From: Candidatus Melainabacteria bacterium 17Bon1m
GTDB taxonomy: Bacteria; Cyanobacteriota; Vampirovibrionia; Obscuribacterales; Obscuribacteraceae
DNA length: 64,000 nt
NCBI GenBank assembly: GCA_032128875.1
Contig: JAVLKG010000002.1
Span: forward strand, 576,001-640,000
Direction of reading: 5' to 3'
In this document: one piece after another, positions 18,844-28,812 of the stretch
Position numbering within the stretch: the stretch's first letter is position 1
Layout: each line of letters begins with the position of its first letter
The notes under the pieces: generated by a model
The model's database searches: none
Told to the model about the DNA's origin: nothing
The model's input: the letters and a program-made list of their open reading frames with translations, nothing else
Position numbers and translations under genes: made by a program

Positions 18844-21588
18844 ATGGTAAGCACCACAGGACAGTCAGTAGACTTGAAGCGAGTCTTCCTTTTCCCTGAT
18901 GCCTACAAGGCACTCAACCAGCTGGGCAGCCAAAAAATGCGCGAGACTCTTGGCGGCAAAGGCGCTGGTCTTGCTGAGATGACTTCCTCCGGTGTGAATG
19001 TTCCTCCTGGTTTGACGATCACAACCAATGTTTGCCGCGAATACTATGAAAACAACAAAAAGATGCCTGACGGACTCTTCGCGGAGGTCATGGACGCGCT
19101 CAAAGACGTTGAAGCAAAAGTCGACAGAAGATTGGGTGATTTAGAAAAACCGCTTCTCTTGTCGGTTCGATCCGGCGCCAAATTCTCCATGCCCGGAATG
19201 ATGGACACTATTTTGAATCTTGGTCTTAACGATAAGACCGTTGAATCACTGGCAAAGCTCACCAACAATCCACGTTTTGCTTACGACAGCTACCGCCGTT
19301 TTATTCAAATGTTCAGCAACGTAGTGCTCGACGTTCACAAAGATAAGTTCGAAGACCTGCTTGAAGACATGAAAGATGAAATTGGAAAGTCTCTTGATAC
19401 CGAATTGACTGCAGACGATTGGAAAAAACTCGTTGTCGAGTACAAAGCTCTGGTCAAGAAAGAGAGTGGCAGCGACTTCCCTCAAGACACCGCAAAACAG
19501 CTGGAAGGCGCTATCGAGGCTGTGTTCCGTTCTTGGAACAATAGCCGTGCCATCTATTACCGCAATCTAAATAAGATCGATCACAATCTCGGAACCGCCG
19601 TCAACGTTCAAGCCATGGTTTTTGGAAACCTGAATGACGAATCAGCGACCGGAGTTTGCTTCACCCGCAATCCATCTACCGGTGAGAAACTTCTCTACGG
19701 CGAATATCTAGTAAACGCGCAAGGCGAGGACGTTGTTGCAGGCACACGCACACCTAAGAAAATTGTAGAGATGCAAAAGGAAATGCCCAAGGTTTTCGAG
19801 GAGCTCCTTGCTACAACTGCCAGACTCGAAAAACATTACCTTGAAATGCAAGACATCGAATTTACGATTGAAAGTGGAAGGCTTTTCATTCTTCAAACCA
19901 GAACCGGCAAGCGAACCGCAGCCGCAGCAGTCAAAGTTGCTGTGGACATGGCTGAAGAAGGTATCATCTCTCGCGATGAGGCTCTCACGCGCGTTGAGCC
20001 GACGCAGTTGAACCAATTATTGCTTCCATCTTTCATTCCTGCCGATAAAGAGAAGGCGAAGAAAGAGGGGCGTTTGCTCGCGACTGGTTTGAACGCAAGT
20101 CCTGGTGCAGCAATTGGCCGCATCGCTTTCGATCCGGACGTTGTCGAAAGCGCGACTCAAAAGGGAGACAAAGTAATTCTCGTCCGAATCGAGACTTGCC
20201 CCGATGACATTCACGGCATTGTTCCAGCGCAAGGCGTTGTCACCAGCCGCGGTGGTATGACCTCGCACGCAGCCGTAGTTGCGCGCGGCATGGGCAAGCC
20301 CTGCGTGGCAGGTTGTGAGTCGCTAAAGATAAATCTCGAAAAGGGCGAAATGCAGGTTGGTGGCAAAACACTCAAAGCTGGCGATTTGATTTCGATTGAC
20401 GGTTCGACAGGTGAGATTTTCGAAGGCGCAATCACAACGCAAGATCCAAAGTTTTCTGAAGAGTTCGGTCGTCTTCTGAATTGGGCGGATGAAAAACGCG
20501 TCCTCAGGGTTCGCACAAACGCCGACACCCCTGAAGATGCAAGGCTCGCTCGCGAATTTGGTGCAGAAGGAATTGGATTGTGCAGAACCGAGCACATGTT
20601 CATGGCTGCTGACCGTCTGCCGGCGATGAAAGAGATGATCATCGCGTCAGATGTGGATGAAAGAAAAGCTGCACTTGCGAAGTTGCTTCCGATGCAAATC
20701 GAAGATTTTAAAGGCATCTTCAAGGCGATGAAGGGCTTGCCCGTAACTATCCGTTTGCTCGATCCCCCGCTTCATGAGTTCCTCCCCAAGCACGAAGACT
20801 TAGTCGAAGAGATCGCCAACCTCAAGGCTAAAGGTGTTAAAGGTGCAGAACTCCGCGAGAAGGAAGTAATGCTCCAGAAAGTGAATGAGCTCAAGGAATC
20901 GAATCCGATGCTCGGTTTTCGCGGCTGCAGGCTCGGTCTCATCTACCCCGAAATCAACACCATGCAGGTAGAAGCCATCTTCACAGCAGCCATCGAAGTT
21001 CAAAAAGAAGGTCATGAGGTTTTTCCTGAGATCATGATTCCTCTGATTGGTCATCCGAATGAACTGAAATTCGCCAGACAACACCTTGAGTCAGTGGCGA
21101 AACAGGTTATGGATAAGCTGAAGACCGAAGTTAAGTACAAATTCGGCACCATGATTGAAGTTCCGAGAGCTTGTGTTGCAGCTGATTTGATCGCCGAGCA
21201 TGCTGAGTTCTTCAGCTTCGGCACAAACGATTTGACGCAAATGACTTTCGGATATTCACGTGATGATGCTGAAGGTAAATTCCTTCAGAAATACCTGGAA
21301 GGTATCACCGTAGATGGTGTGCAACAGAAAGTCATGCAACACAATCCGTTCGAAGTTCTCGATCGTGGTGGCGTTGGCAAACTCATGAAGATTGCCGTTG
21401 AATACGGTCTGCAAACAAGAGCAGATCTGAAGCTCGGCATCTGCGGAGAGCACGGCGGAGAGCCATCTTCGATAGCTTTCGCTCACGAGATTGGACTGGC
21501 ATATGTAAGCTGCTCTCCATTCCGCGTACCCGTAGCCAGACTCGCAGCTGCACAAGCAACCGTGGTAGGGAAAGAACGCGATAAATAA
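18844..21588 (+). CDS. ppdK: Pyruvate, phosphate dikinase
   Basis: LGGKGAGL, SVRSGAKFSMPGMMDT, GGMTSHAAVVARG (phospho-His), GLCRTEHM, FSFGTNDL, GICGEHGG. Confidence 0.97.
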   Translation: MVSTTGQSVDLKRVFLFPDAYKALNQLGSQKMRETLGGKGAGLAEMTSSGVNVPPGLTITTNVCREYYENNKKMPDGLFAEVMDALKDVEAKVDRRLGDLEKPLLLSVRSGAKFSMPGMMDTILNLGLNDKTVESLAKLTNNPRFAYDSYRRFIQMFSNVVLDVHKDKFEDLLEDMKDEIGKSLDTELTADDWKKLVVEYKALVKKESGSDFPQDTAKQLEGAIEAVFRSWNNSRAIYYRNLNKIDHNLGTAVNVQAMVFGNLNDESATGVCFTRNPSTGEKLLYGEYLVNAQGEDVVAGTRTPKKIVEMQKEMPKVFEELLATTARLEKHYLEMQDIEFTIESGRLFILQTRTGKRTAAAAVKVAVDMAEEGIISRDEALTRVEPTQLNQLLLPSFIPADKEKAKKEGRLLATGLNASPGAAIGRIAFDPDVVESATQKGDKVILVRIETCPDDIHGIVPAQGVVTSRGGMTSHAAVVARGMGKPCVAGCESLKINLEKGEMQVGGKTLKAGDLISIDGSTGEIFEGAITTQDPKFSEEFGRLLNWADEKRVLRVRTNADTPEDARLAREFGAEGIGLCRTEHMFMAADRLPAMKEMIIASDVDERKAALAKLLPMQIEDFKGIFKAMKGLPVTIRLLDPPLHEFLPKHEDLVEEIANLKAKGVKGAELREKEVMLQKVNELKESNPMLGFRGCRLGLIYPEINTMQVEAIFTAAIEVQKEGHEVFPEIMIPLIGHPNELKFARQHLESVAKQVMDKLKTEVKYKFGTMIEVPRACVAADLIAEHAEFFSFGTNDLTQMTFGYSRDDAEGKFLQKYLEGITVDGVQQKVMQHNPFEVLDRGGVGKLMKIAVEYGLQTRADLKLGICGEHGGEPSSIAFAHEIGLAYVSCSPFRVPVARLAAAQATVVGKERDK

Positions 21589-21618
21589 GCTGGCGTTTAC
21601 AAGTCAGCGTTTGCAATT

Positions 21619-21643
21619 GTAGGGGCGACGCCATGCGTCGACC
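21619..21643 (+). repeat. Single GTAG-type REP-like palindrome
   Basis: GTAG-GGGCGACGCCATGCGTCGACC between convergent genes; related to the doublets at 29678 and 61792. Confidence 0.6.
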
Positions 21644-21651
21644 GGTTTTAC

Positions 21652-22215
21652 TTAGCTGCTTTGTTTCACTGCAGTTTCAATCGTTGTCTTTAAATCCTTG
21701 GCGGCTTTAACGTCGTGAATAACAAATAGTTTGACGCCATGATGGATGCGTGGCTTCATCTCCGGTTTCTTGAGATTACGTGCCTCATATTTACCGGACT
21801 CTTTCAACAAAATCTCAATATCATTGTTGTCTCCGCGTGGTTTGGAGACGAACACTTTATCGACATCCTTGAGCCAACCGTAGTGTACTGAAATGCCCGG
21901 ACGAACACGCATAAAGCGTTTCGTAGTAATAGCGTCAATAACTTTGTAGACCTTTCTGAAAAGCAAAAGGAAGCAAAGCCATACCATGACAAAGAGTATT
22001 GCATTGCCCAAGGTTGGCGGCTGATGATGTTTCACATAAATGTCGAAACCTATGACGAGCAAAACCACAGCGAGCAGGGCTTTCGTCATTGTCATCATTC
22101 GCGGCACAGGGTCTTCCAGCCTAGCGAATAAGAGTTTCTCATCAGGCATAAGTTCTTTCAGAACCATCGATTCCGAGAGTTGGTCGATTCCGCCCTGCTT
22201 TTGAACCTCGGTCAC
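21652..22215 (-). CDS. Hypothetical 2-TM membrane protein (possible bacterial PH-like C-terminal domain)
   Basis: 187-aa ORF, ggagg RBS, two hydrophobic helices, AITTKRFM. Confidence 0.6.
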   Translation of the reverse strand: MTEVQKQGGIDQLSESMVLKELMPDEKLLFARLEDPVPRMMTMTKALLAVVLLVIGFDIYVKHHQPPTLGNAILFVMVWLCFLLLFRKVYKVIDAITTKRFMRVRPGISVHYGWLKDVDKVFVSKPRGDNNDIEILLKESGKYEARNLKKPEMKPRIHHGVKLFVIHDVKAAKDLKTTIETAVKQSS

Positions 22216-22411
22216 CTAAATCCTCCGACAACAACTTGGACAAAGACTGCCCTGATTGTAGTCTAATCAGTTTAATCTGCAAGGCAGGCGCGGTCTTAAG
22301 CCTGTCAGTTGTTCCCTTTAATCAACAGTTACAGAAGTGTTGGTTTTGAGACCGGAAAACGTCACTGGCTTATAAACTGAACGCTTCAGAGGGCGTTTTG
22401 TAACTATATAG

Positions 22412-23434
22412 ATGAATCGGCTGACGACATTCAAAATATCCAGGTTTTTTGCTTTTCTCCCGGTGGTTCTTTACCTCTGTGGACTTGTCTGCTCTTCCGC
22501 AGCGATCGCGCAGAGTGCTACTTATAGCGTTTCAAATCTAAGCAGGAACGAACAGAATATCGAAAAACCCTTAAAGGCTAAGCGTTGTGTTAAGTCTATA
22601 AAGGTTGGAAAGATTCGTCGTAGTTATGTTGTAAACACACCGCAGGGTTATGGAGATAAACCAGCTCCGCTGGTGTTAGTTCTGCATGGTGCGATGGCAA
22701 ATACCTTTGCAATGGCATGGGACACTCGCATGACAGAGAAGGCGAACGAACATGGTTTCATCGTTGTTTATCCGCGCGGAATTGGAATCGCAAAAACATT
22801 GATGACTTGGAATGCCGGCGATTGCTGTGGCATCGCAAAGCTGAGAAACATTGACGATATAGCGTTCTTGAAGGTATTGATCAAACAGTTACGCGAAGAT
22901 TATAACGTCGATGGCGATCGCATCTACATAGCTGGCGCTTCAAATGGTGGCATGATGGCATACAAAGCAGCAATTGAACTTTCAGATCAGATTGCTGCAA
23001 TTGCTACTGCGAACGGAACGATGATGACCAGCGAGCTGAAGCCTGGAGAGCCGGTGAGCATACTCGCATTTCACGGAACAAAAGACCACATTGTTCCATA
23101 TCAAGGCGGACCTGGAGGCTTACCATTTTGGAAAATAATTGGGACGAAAGCCGCTGACAATGTGAAGTTCTGGGCTGAGCGTGATAAGTGCTCTGCGACT
23201 GCTGTGCGAGAAAGCGTTGGCAATTACGTCAAAGAAAGTTACCGCAATGGTGCTAATGGCACCGAAGTCTGCGTATACATCGTAAATGGCGGTAAGCACA
23301 ATTGGCCTGGCGGACGTGGGACCATCATAAGCAGCGATTCAGCAATGAGCAAACTCGATGCAACAGACATCATATGCAAGTTTTTCTTGGCTCATCCCAA
23401 ATTGCGAACTACGGCAAGCGCTCGTAAAGAGTAG
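22412..23434 (+). CDS. Secreted alpha/beta esterase (PHB depolymerase/LpqC-like)
   Basis: Signal peptide, LVLHG, WNAGDCCG, DDIAF, GASNGG (GxSxG), HGTKD, GGKHNWPG. Confidence 0.85.
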   Translation: MNRLTTFKISRFFAFLPVVLYLCGLVCSSAAIAQSATYSVSNLSRNEQNIEKPLKAKRCVKSIKVGKIRRSYVVNTPQGYGDKPAPLVLVLHGAMANTFAMAWDTRMTEKANEHGFIVVYPRGIGIAKTLMTWNAGDCCGIAKLRNIDDIAFLKVLIKQLREDYNVDGDRIYIAGASNGGMMAYKAAIELSDQIAAIATANGTMMTSELKPGEPVSILAFHGTKDHIVPYQGGPGGLPFWKIIGTKAADNVKFWAERDKCSATAVRESVGNYVKESYRNGANGTEVCVYIVNGGKHNWPGGRGTIISSDSAMSKLDATDIICKFFLAHPKLRTTASARKE

Positions 23435-23458
23435 TTTCACTGATAACCGGAACCAGAG

Positions 23459-24919
23459 TTAAAACTGGAAGTAGATAAACTTCGGCGTGATGTCCGGAGA
23501 AAATGCGATAAGCAGGCAAATCGCGACCGTGAGATAAACCACCTTCAGCGGGCGGTTGAAAGGCATGATGCCGCCGATGCAGTCTTTGTTCTCGCGGAAT
23601 TTCGTGCAAATGAGCTGTCCGGCGAGGATAGCCAAAAGAAGGAGCGGCAGGAAGAAGTAGACACCTGGCTGATCGACGTTAGGCAAGGTAACTTGCCAGA
23701 ATTTCAGATTGGGTAGCTGGTCTAGGAGAAGCAAACGCTTGATGATGCCCACACCAATCGGCACATTGTCTGCGCGGAAGATAACTTCAGTGAGGCAGAC
23801 GCTGTGGAATGTGAGGAAAATGGCAAAAGCGTGGAAGATTTTGTTGGCAGTCAAAGTCTTGAGTATCTGCGACTTTTCAACAAGATTGCGCCACTCGCGA
23901 TGCAGAACCAGCAACACGCCATGCAATGTCCCAAATAAAATATAGTGCGTAGCTGCTCCGTGCCAAAGACCGCACAGAGTGAAGGTGATGAGGATATTTC
24001 TGTAAGTCATCCACTTGCCGGCACGGCTGCCGCCCAGTGGGATGAAGAGATAATCTTTGAGCCAGGTGGAAAGCGAGATGTGCCACCGTCTCCAATACTC
24101 TGTGATTGACTCGGCCATATACGGCAAGTCAAAGTTTTTCGGCACCTTAAATCCAAGAAGCTGCGCAGAACCTCTGGCAATATCAGTGTAGCCGGAGAAG
24201 TCGAAATAGACTTGGAAGGCGAAAGCATAGGTGGCAAGCCACATGTCGAATGTAGTGAAGTTGTTAGGATTCGCATATGCAGTTTGCACGACGATAGCCA
24301 GGTTGTCCGCAAAAATTACTTTTTTCATCAAACCGAAAACAATTAGTTCAATGGCTTCGTCAAACTGTGACATCGACAGTTTGGTCTTCACTTCAAGCTG
24401 CTGCATGAAGTCCTGATAGCGTTTGATGGGGCCCGCTATTTGTGTTGGGAAAAAACTGGCGAAGAGCGCGAATTGCCACGGTGATTTAACTGGCGCACTG
24501 CCTTTATAAACGTCCGTCAAATAGTGGATGAATTCAAACGCGAAGAACGAGATGCCCAGTGGCAGAATGATTTGGAAAGGAATTGGCATCAATTCCTGAT
24601 TCGAGAATGCGAGCGCAGAATTTGCGACATCACGCACAAAGTACGCATATTTGAAGAAGCCCAGGAGCAACAGATTCGCAGCAATTGCGATGGTGAATAG
24701 CAGCTTTTTTTTCGTCTCGGCTCTAGCAATCCAAAGCCCCATGAAATAGTTGATTGCAGTCATGGCAGCGATAAGCAATCCGTATTCCGGCTTCCAAGCC
24801 ATATAAAAAATGTAACTGGCTAAGAGCAGAAGCGCGGTGCGAAAACGATATGGCACCATCCAGAAAAGGGCTACTACAATCGGCAAAAATACTAGGTAGG
24901 TAAAGCTGTTGAATAGCAT
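23459..24919 (-). CDS. MBOAT family O-acyltransferase (AlgI/DltB-like)
   Basis: MLFNS, LPLGISFF, FDFSGYTD, WRRWHISLS, GLWHGA (catalytic His), C-terminal FIYFQF. Confidence 0.92.
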   Translation of the reverse strand: MLFNSFTYLVFLPIVVALFWMVPYRFRTALLLLASYIFYMAWKPEYGLLIAAMTAINYFMGLWIARAETKKKLLFTIAIAANLLLLGFFKYAYFVRDVANSALAFSNQELMPIPFQIILPLGISFFAFEFIHYLTDVYKGSAPVKSPWQFALFASFFPTQIAGPIKRYQDFMQQLEVKTKLSMSQFDEAIELIVFGLMKKVIFADNLAIVVQTAYANPNNFTTFDMWLATYAFAFQVYFDFSGYTDIARGSAQLLGFKVPKNFDLPYMAESITEYWRRWHISLSTWLKDYLFIPLGGSRAGKWMTYRNILITFTLCGLWHGAATHYILFGTLHGVLLVLHREWRNLVEKSQILKTLTANKIFHAFAIFLTFHSVCLTEVIFRADNVPIGVGIIKRLLLLDQLPNLKFWQVTLPNVDQPGVYFFLPLLLLAILAGQLICTKFRENKDCIGGIMPFNRPLKVVYLTVAICLLIAFSPDITPKFIYFQF

Positions 24920-26148
24920 TACATCTCACCTCGTGCCTTGCCGGCGATTTGAGAATCTTGACGGGTTAGCGCTGCGCTTAGGCGAGTGTCTTTGCCGATT
25001 TCCTTGGCAACAAAGTCCATGACCTTTCTGCCACCTGATGCATCCATGTGGCAGGAATCGGTGAAATCTTTGATGTTGAACGCGCCCGTAGCCTGAAGAT
25101 CCAGGTATGCAACTTTTTCTTCTTTCGCAAACGATTCGACCCTTTTCACCAGAGCATCGTGTACACCCTTGGGAAGAATGGTCAAAGCTGGGTCAGGAAG
25201 TGCGACATTGACGATAAGTGGTTCGATGCCTTTTTCTTTGCAGAGGTCGATACATTTCTTCAGCCATGCCATTTTGATTTTGCAGCGCTCCGGCGTCGCA
25301 AATCGATAACGCTTTCTGAAATTGTTGGAATTATCGTTGTAGTAGTCTATGCCAACCGGCTGAGCAAGCCATATTCCAGGCGCGACTTCATCTTGGTAGA
25401 TGGCGTCTTTTACGTCGCCTTTTTCTTTAGAAGTGATCGGTTTTGCAGACAATGGCCCTAGGTAATCGGACATCCTGTTGCGCACTGTTCCTACCACAGA
25501 ACCCTGCACATCATGTTTGCGCCCGGCTAAATACAATCCTTCATTGACTAAGAACTCAGTGCGCTGCCACGGTTTGGGCATTGCCAAATCCAGCAAATCA
25601 CGTGTTTGAGTAAACTTGCTCAAATACTTATAGTGCGTGGATGAGACTGCACAGTAGAAGTCGTCGTCGGTCATATCCAAAGGTGTCAAACCAAGGACAA
25701 CTACTTTGGGGGTTTTTCCTTCCTTAAAGAGTGTGCGGATGATCATGTAGTCGTCTGACACCATCGCACCAGGCAGCGCAAAATTGAAACAGCTGAGATT
25801 GAGACCAGGAAGGTGTTTCTTAATTGCATCTTCGAAATAGTGGCTGCGTCGTTCTACGACAATGTCCACTTTGCGATTGAGGTGTTCAGCCTCCAACATC
25901 CACAGTGGATTCATAAAAATAGATGAACCGAGAAGCACTACATCCGGTGCCGACTTCTCTTGTAAGTAATCTTGAGTAGTCCAATAAGCCCAGTGTTTAG
26001 CAGACGGAATGGTATTTGGGTCTACGCGCCCAAATGGATCCTTTAGCGCCAAAAACACGTTGATTGCAACGACCAAGAGCAAAGCAATTAGAACTGGGCT
26101 CTGCCTGAAGGCTGCGGCTGTTTTTTTAATTGGAGACAGTGCGGACAA
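24919..26148 (-). CDS. SGNH-like hydrolase/acyl-transfer partner (DUF1574/DltD-like)
   Basis: N-terminal TM, LLGSS, FNFALPG, DSCH (DxxH); 1-bp overlap with the MBOAT gene. Confidence 0.7.
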   Translation of the reverse strand: MSALSPIKKTAAAFRQSPVLIALLLVVAINVFLALKDPFGRVDPNTIPSAKHWAYWTTQDYLQEKSAPDVVLLGSSIFMNPLWMLEAEHLNRKVDIVVERRSHYFEDAIKKHLPGLNLSCFNFALPGAMVSDDYMIIRTLFKEGKTPKVVVLGLTPLDMTDDDFYCAVSSTHYKYLSKFTQTRDLLDLAMPKPWQRTEFLVNEGLYLAGRKHDVQGSVVGTVRNRMSDYLGPLSAKPITSKEKGDVKDAIYQDEVAPGIWLAQPVGIDYYNDNSNNFRKRYRFATPERCKIKMAWLKKCIDLCKEKGIEPLIVNVALPDPALTILPKGVHDALVKRVESFAKEEKVAYLDLQATGAFNIKDFTDSCHMDASGGRKVMDFVAKEIGKDTRLSAALTRQDSQIAGKARGEM

Positions 26149-26433
26149 GGTTTACGAGATTCCTTCTATTGGCAAAATGCACACGGCATTACAGCGTGAG
26201 GCATTATAGCTTGACAGCTAAAAGCCTTCGTTTGCATTAGCTAATAGTTGTCCTCCGAGGTGCTATAAACGAGCTAGGACTGGGAAATCACCTAGTATTC
26301 AATTGAAATATATGGTTCTTAAGTGACCGCTGCTCGATTGCGGGAGTCTGACAAGAATCAAAAAAGCCGCAAAAGCCGGCTACCTGGGGTTAATGGGACA
26401 AATCAATAAGATTTTAGGGGCAGGGAGCCTCTT

Positions 26434-27747
26434 GTGAACGTCAATTCGATTGCTTTAGAAATCACCGTCATTTTGGTGCTGATTCTCATCAATGGAGTCT
26501 TTGCGCTCTCGGAGATGGCACTGGTTAGTTGCCGCCGCCCTCTGCTGCTCAAACTCGCAGAGGAAGACAAGCCAGGAGCCAAAGCAGCGCTGGCTTTGAC
26601 CGATTCACCCAACACCTTTCTTTCGACAATTCAAATAGGCATTACACTCGTTGCCATTCTTGCCGGTGCTTTCGGCGGAGCTACCTTGGCTGACGAGCTT
26701 TCCGACCAGCTAGAAGGAATAGAGCATCTTCGCCCGTATGCCGATTCGATAGCGTTTGCGATCGTTGTCGTATGCACTACTTATCTGTCGCTCATTGCTG
26801 GTGAGTTAGTGCCAAAGCGTATTGCGCTTTCCAATCCCGAAGGAATTTCTTGCATCATTGCGCCGTTCATGAAATTTCTGTCTCACTTTGCCTCGCCGGT
26901 GGTTAAATTCCTCTCGCTTTCGACCAACCTTGCTGCTGGTGTCTTTGGTGTCGAAGATGACAAAGCACGAGAGGTGTCAGAACGCGAAATTCAGGCCATG
27001 GTCGACGAAGGTGCACGAGTCGGAGTATTTCAAGAAACCGAGCACGACCTTTTGTGCGGGGTTTTCGGACTGGATGAGCGAAAAGTATCGGCAGTAATGA
27101 CGCCGGTTACAGAGCTTATTTGGCTCGATGTAGATGCGCCGCAAGAAGAAGTTATGTCTCGGGTATTTGCCCACCCGCACACCAAGTTTCCAGTGGCACG
27201 GGGCTCTCTGGATAACTTCCTCGGAGTGGTCAGAGCGCGCGAACTGCTCACAATTTGGGCTCGCGAAGGCAAAATTGACTTGGAAAAACTCATCCGCAAA
27301 CCGCTCATGATGCCCGACACCAAGAGTGCACTCAATGCACTGGCTGATTTCCGCCGAGACAAAGTGAGCGGAGCGATGGTGGTTGACGAACATGGCAGTC
27401 TGCGTGGGCTGGTGACCGTTTCCGACATCCTGAGTTCGATTGTGGGCGATGTGCAAATTTCAGACGAAACTGTTTCTTACCTCACTGTCGTTACGCGCGA
27501 TGACGGAGGTTTTTTGGTGGACGGTATGCTGCCTATTGCCGAGTTCAAAAAGCGCCTGTCGGCAACCGAGTTACCCGACCAGCACTCTGGCAAGTATGAA
27601 ACAGTGGCCGGACTAATAGTTCATCTCTTAGGTCATGTACCGGCCACTGGTGAAGTCGCCACCTGGAACGATTTGCGGTTCGAAGTCATTGATATGGACG
27701 GTTTTAAGATCGATAAAGTCGCCGTTTCTTACCACAAGGCGTCGTGA
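26434..27747 (+). CDS. Hemolysin/CNNM-CBS-CorC family membrane protein
   Basis: NGVFALSEMAL, FLSTIQIGIT, GELVPK, CBS pair, VVDEHG, YETVAG. Confidence 0.9.
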   Translation: MNVNSIALEITVILVLILINGVFALSEMALVSCRRPLLLKLAEEDKPGAKAALALTDSPNTFLSTIQIGITLVAILAGAFGGATLADELSDQLEGIEHLRPYADSIAFAIVVVCTTYLSLIAGELVPKRIALSNPEGISCIIAPFMKFLSHFASPVVKFLSLSTNLAAGVFGVEDDKAREVSEREIQAMVDEGARVGVFQETEHDLLCGVFGLDERKVSAVMTPVTELIWLDVDAPQEEVMSRVFAHPHTKFPVARGSLDNFLGVVRARELLTIWAREGKIDLEKLIRKPLMMPDTKSALNALADFRRDKVSGAMVVDEHGSLRGLVTVSDILSSIVGDVQISDETVSYLTVVTRDDGGFLVDGMLPIAEFKKRLSATELPDQHSGKYETVAGLIVHLLGHVPATGEVATWNDLRFEVIDMDGFKIDKVAVSYHKAS

Positions 27748-27808
27748 GAAAGCTTTCCCCAGCTTTGGTATGATGGGTTAAGAGGGCTCTAATTTAGCAA
27801 CAGGCCAC

Positions 27809-28753
27809 ATGGACGACACAGTCGACACCTTGCTGCGCATGCTTCCTGAAAAAGAGCAGGAGATGGGGAGTGAAAGCACCCAGCTCGCTGACTACTTAAC
27901 AGTGCTTGCGTTGACTCTTTACCATGAAAGCCGCTTCCCGGAAGCGGAGAATATGTTTCACCGCGCCTTGTCCATCAGAGAAAAGGTATTGGCGGTAGAT
28001 CACGCTGATATTGGCGTATCGCTCAACCATTTGGGCATGGTAATGCTGGCACAGGGGCACTTTTCCGAGGCTGAGCCTCTTTTCCGCCGGGCACTGACGA
28101 TCCAAGAAAGAGCGCTGGGATTTGAACATATAAGTTTGGCGGCTGGATTGAACAATCTGGCCGAGCTATATCGCATTTTGGGAAGGCCTGAGCCTGCTGA
28201 AAAACTCTATCGTCGCGCTTTGACAATACGTGAGCGACATCTTGGGTCTGACCATCCGGAAGTGGCTGAGGTTCTAAATAATCTGGGATTGCTCTATTAC
28301 GACTTGGGGCGCAATGCTGATGCAGAACCGCTCTACAGGCGTGTTTTGGCGATTCAGGAAAAGTATTTGGGCAAGGATCATCCCATCGTTGCGACCACTC
28401 TGTCTAATTTGGCTGCGCTTTTTACCGACAAAGATTCGTTCGATAAGGCTGAACCCCTGCACATTCGTGCGCTATCAATTAGAGAGCGAATATTGAGTAC
28501 TGAACATCCAAAAGTGGCGGAAAGCTTGAACAATCTTGGCTGGCTGTACCATCAGCGTGGCAACTATTCGCGAGCGGAATCTATGTACTCACGTGCGATC
28601 CAGATTTGGGAACGCTCCTTGGGACCTGAGCATTCGAATGTCGCCGCATGTCTTGAGAATTATGCCGATTTGATGCGCAAGACCGATCGCGAAATCGACG
28701 CGGTAGCTTTGGAGCAACGCGTCTACGTCATTCGCAGAAAAAACGCCCATTAG
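27809..28753 (+). CDS. Tetratricopeptide repeat protein (kinesin-light-chain-like 42-aa repeats)
   Basis: Repeated LNNLxxLY...AEPLYRRALxIxE...LGxxHP. Confidence 0.9.
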   Translation: MDDTVDTLLRMLPEKEQEMGSESTQLADYLTVLALTLYHESRFPEAENMFHRALSIREKVLAVDHADIGVSLNHLGMVMLAQGHFSEAEPLFRRALTIQERALGFEHISLAAGLNNLAELYRILGRPEPAEKLYRRALTIRERHLGSDHPEVAEVLNNLGLLYYDLGRNADAEPLYRRVLAIQEKYLGKDHPIVATTLSNLAALFTDKDSFDKAEPLHIRALSIRERILSTEHPKVAESLNNLGWLYHQRGNYSRAESMYSRAIQIWERSLGPEHSNVAACLENYADLMRKTDREIDAVALEQRVYVIRRKNAH

Positions 28754-28812
28754 TTGAAAGAGGCGCTAGAATCTAGGGCGGTTATTCCGTCTACGTCTTT
28801 GCGTGCAAACCT

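Noticed and set aside
26150-26433. Possible Mg2+ (M-box) riboswitch upstream of the CNNM gene
   Set aside because: Only short hairpins (e.g. tagct-tgac-agcta); no recognisable M-box consensus.
27809-28753. DNA periodicity in TPR genes (also 42175-42891)
   Set aside because: Explained by ordinary protein TPR repeats.
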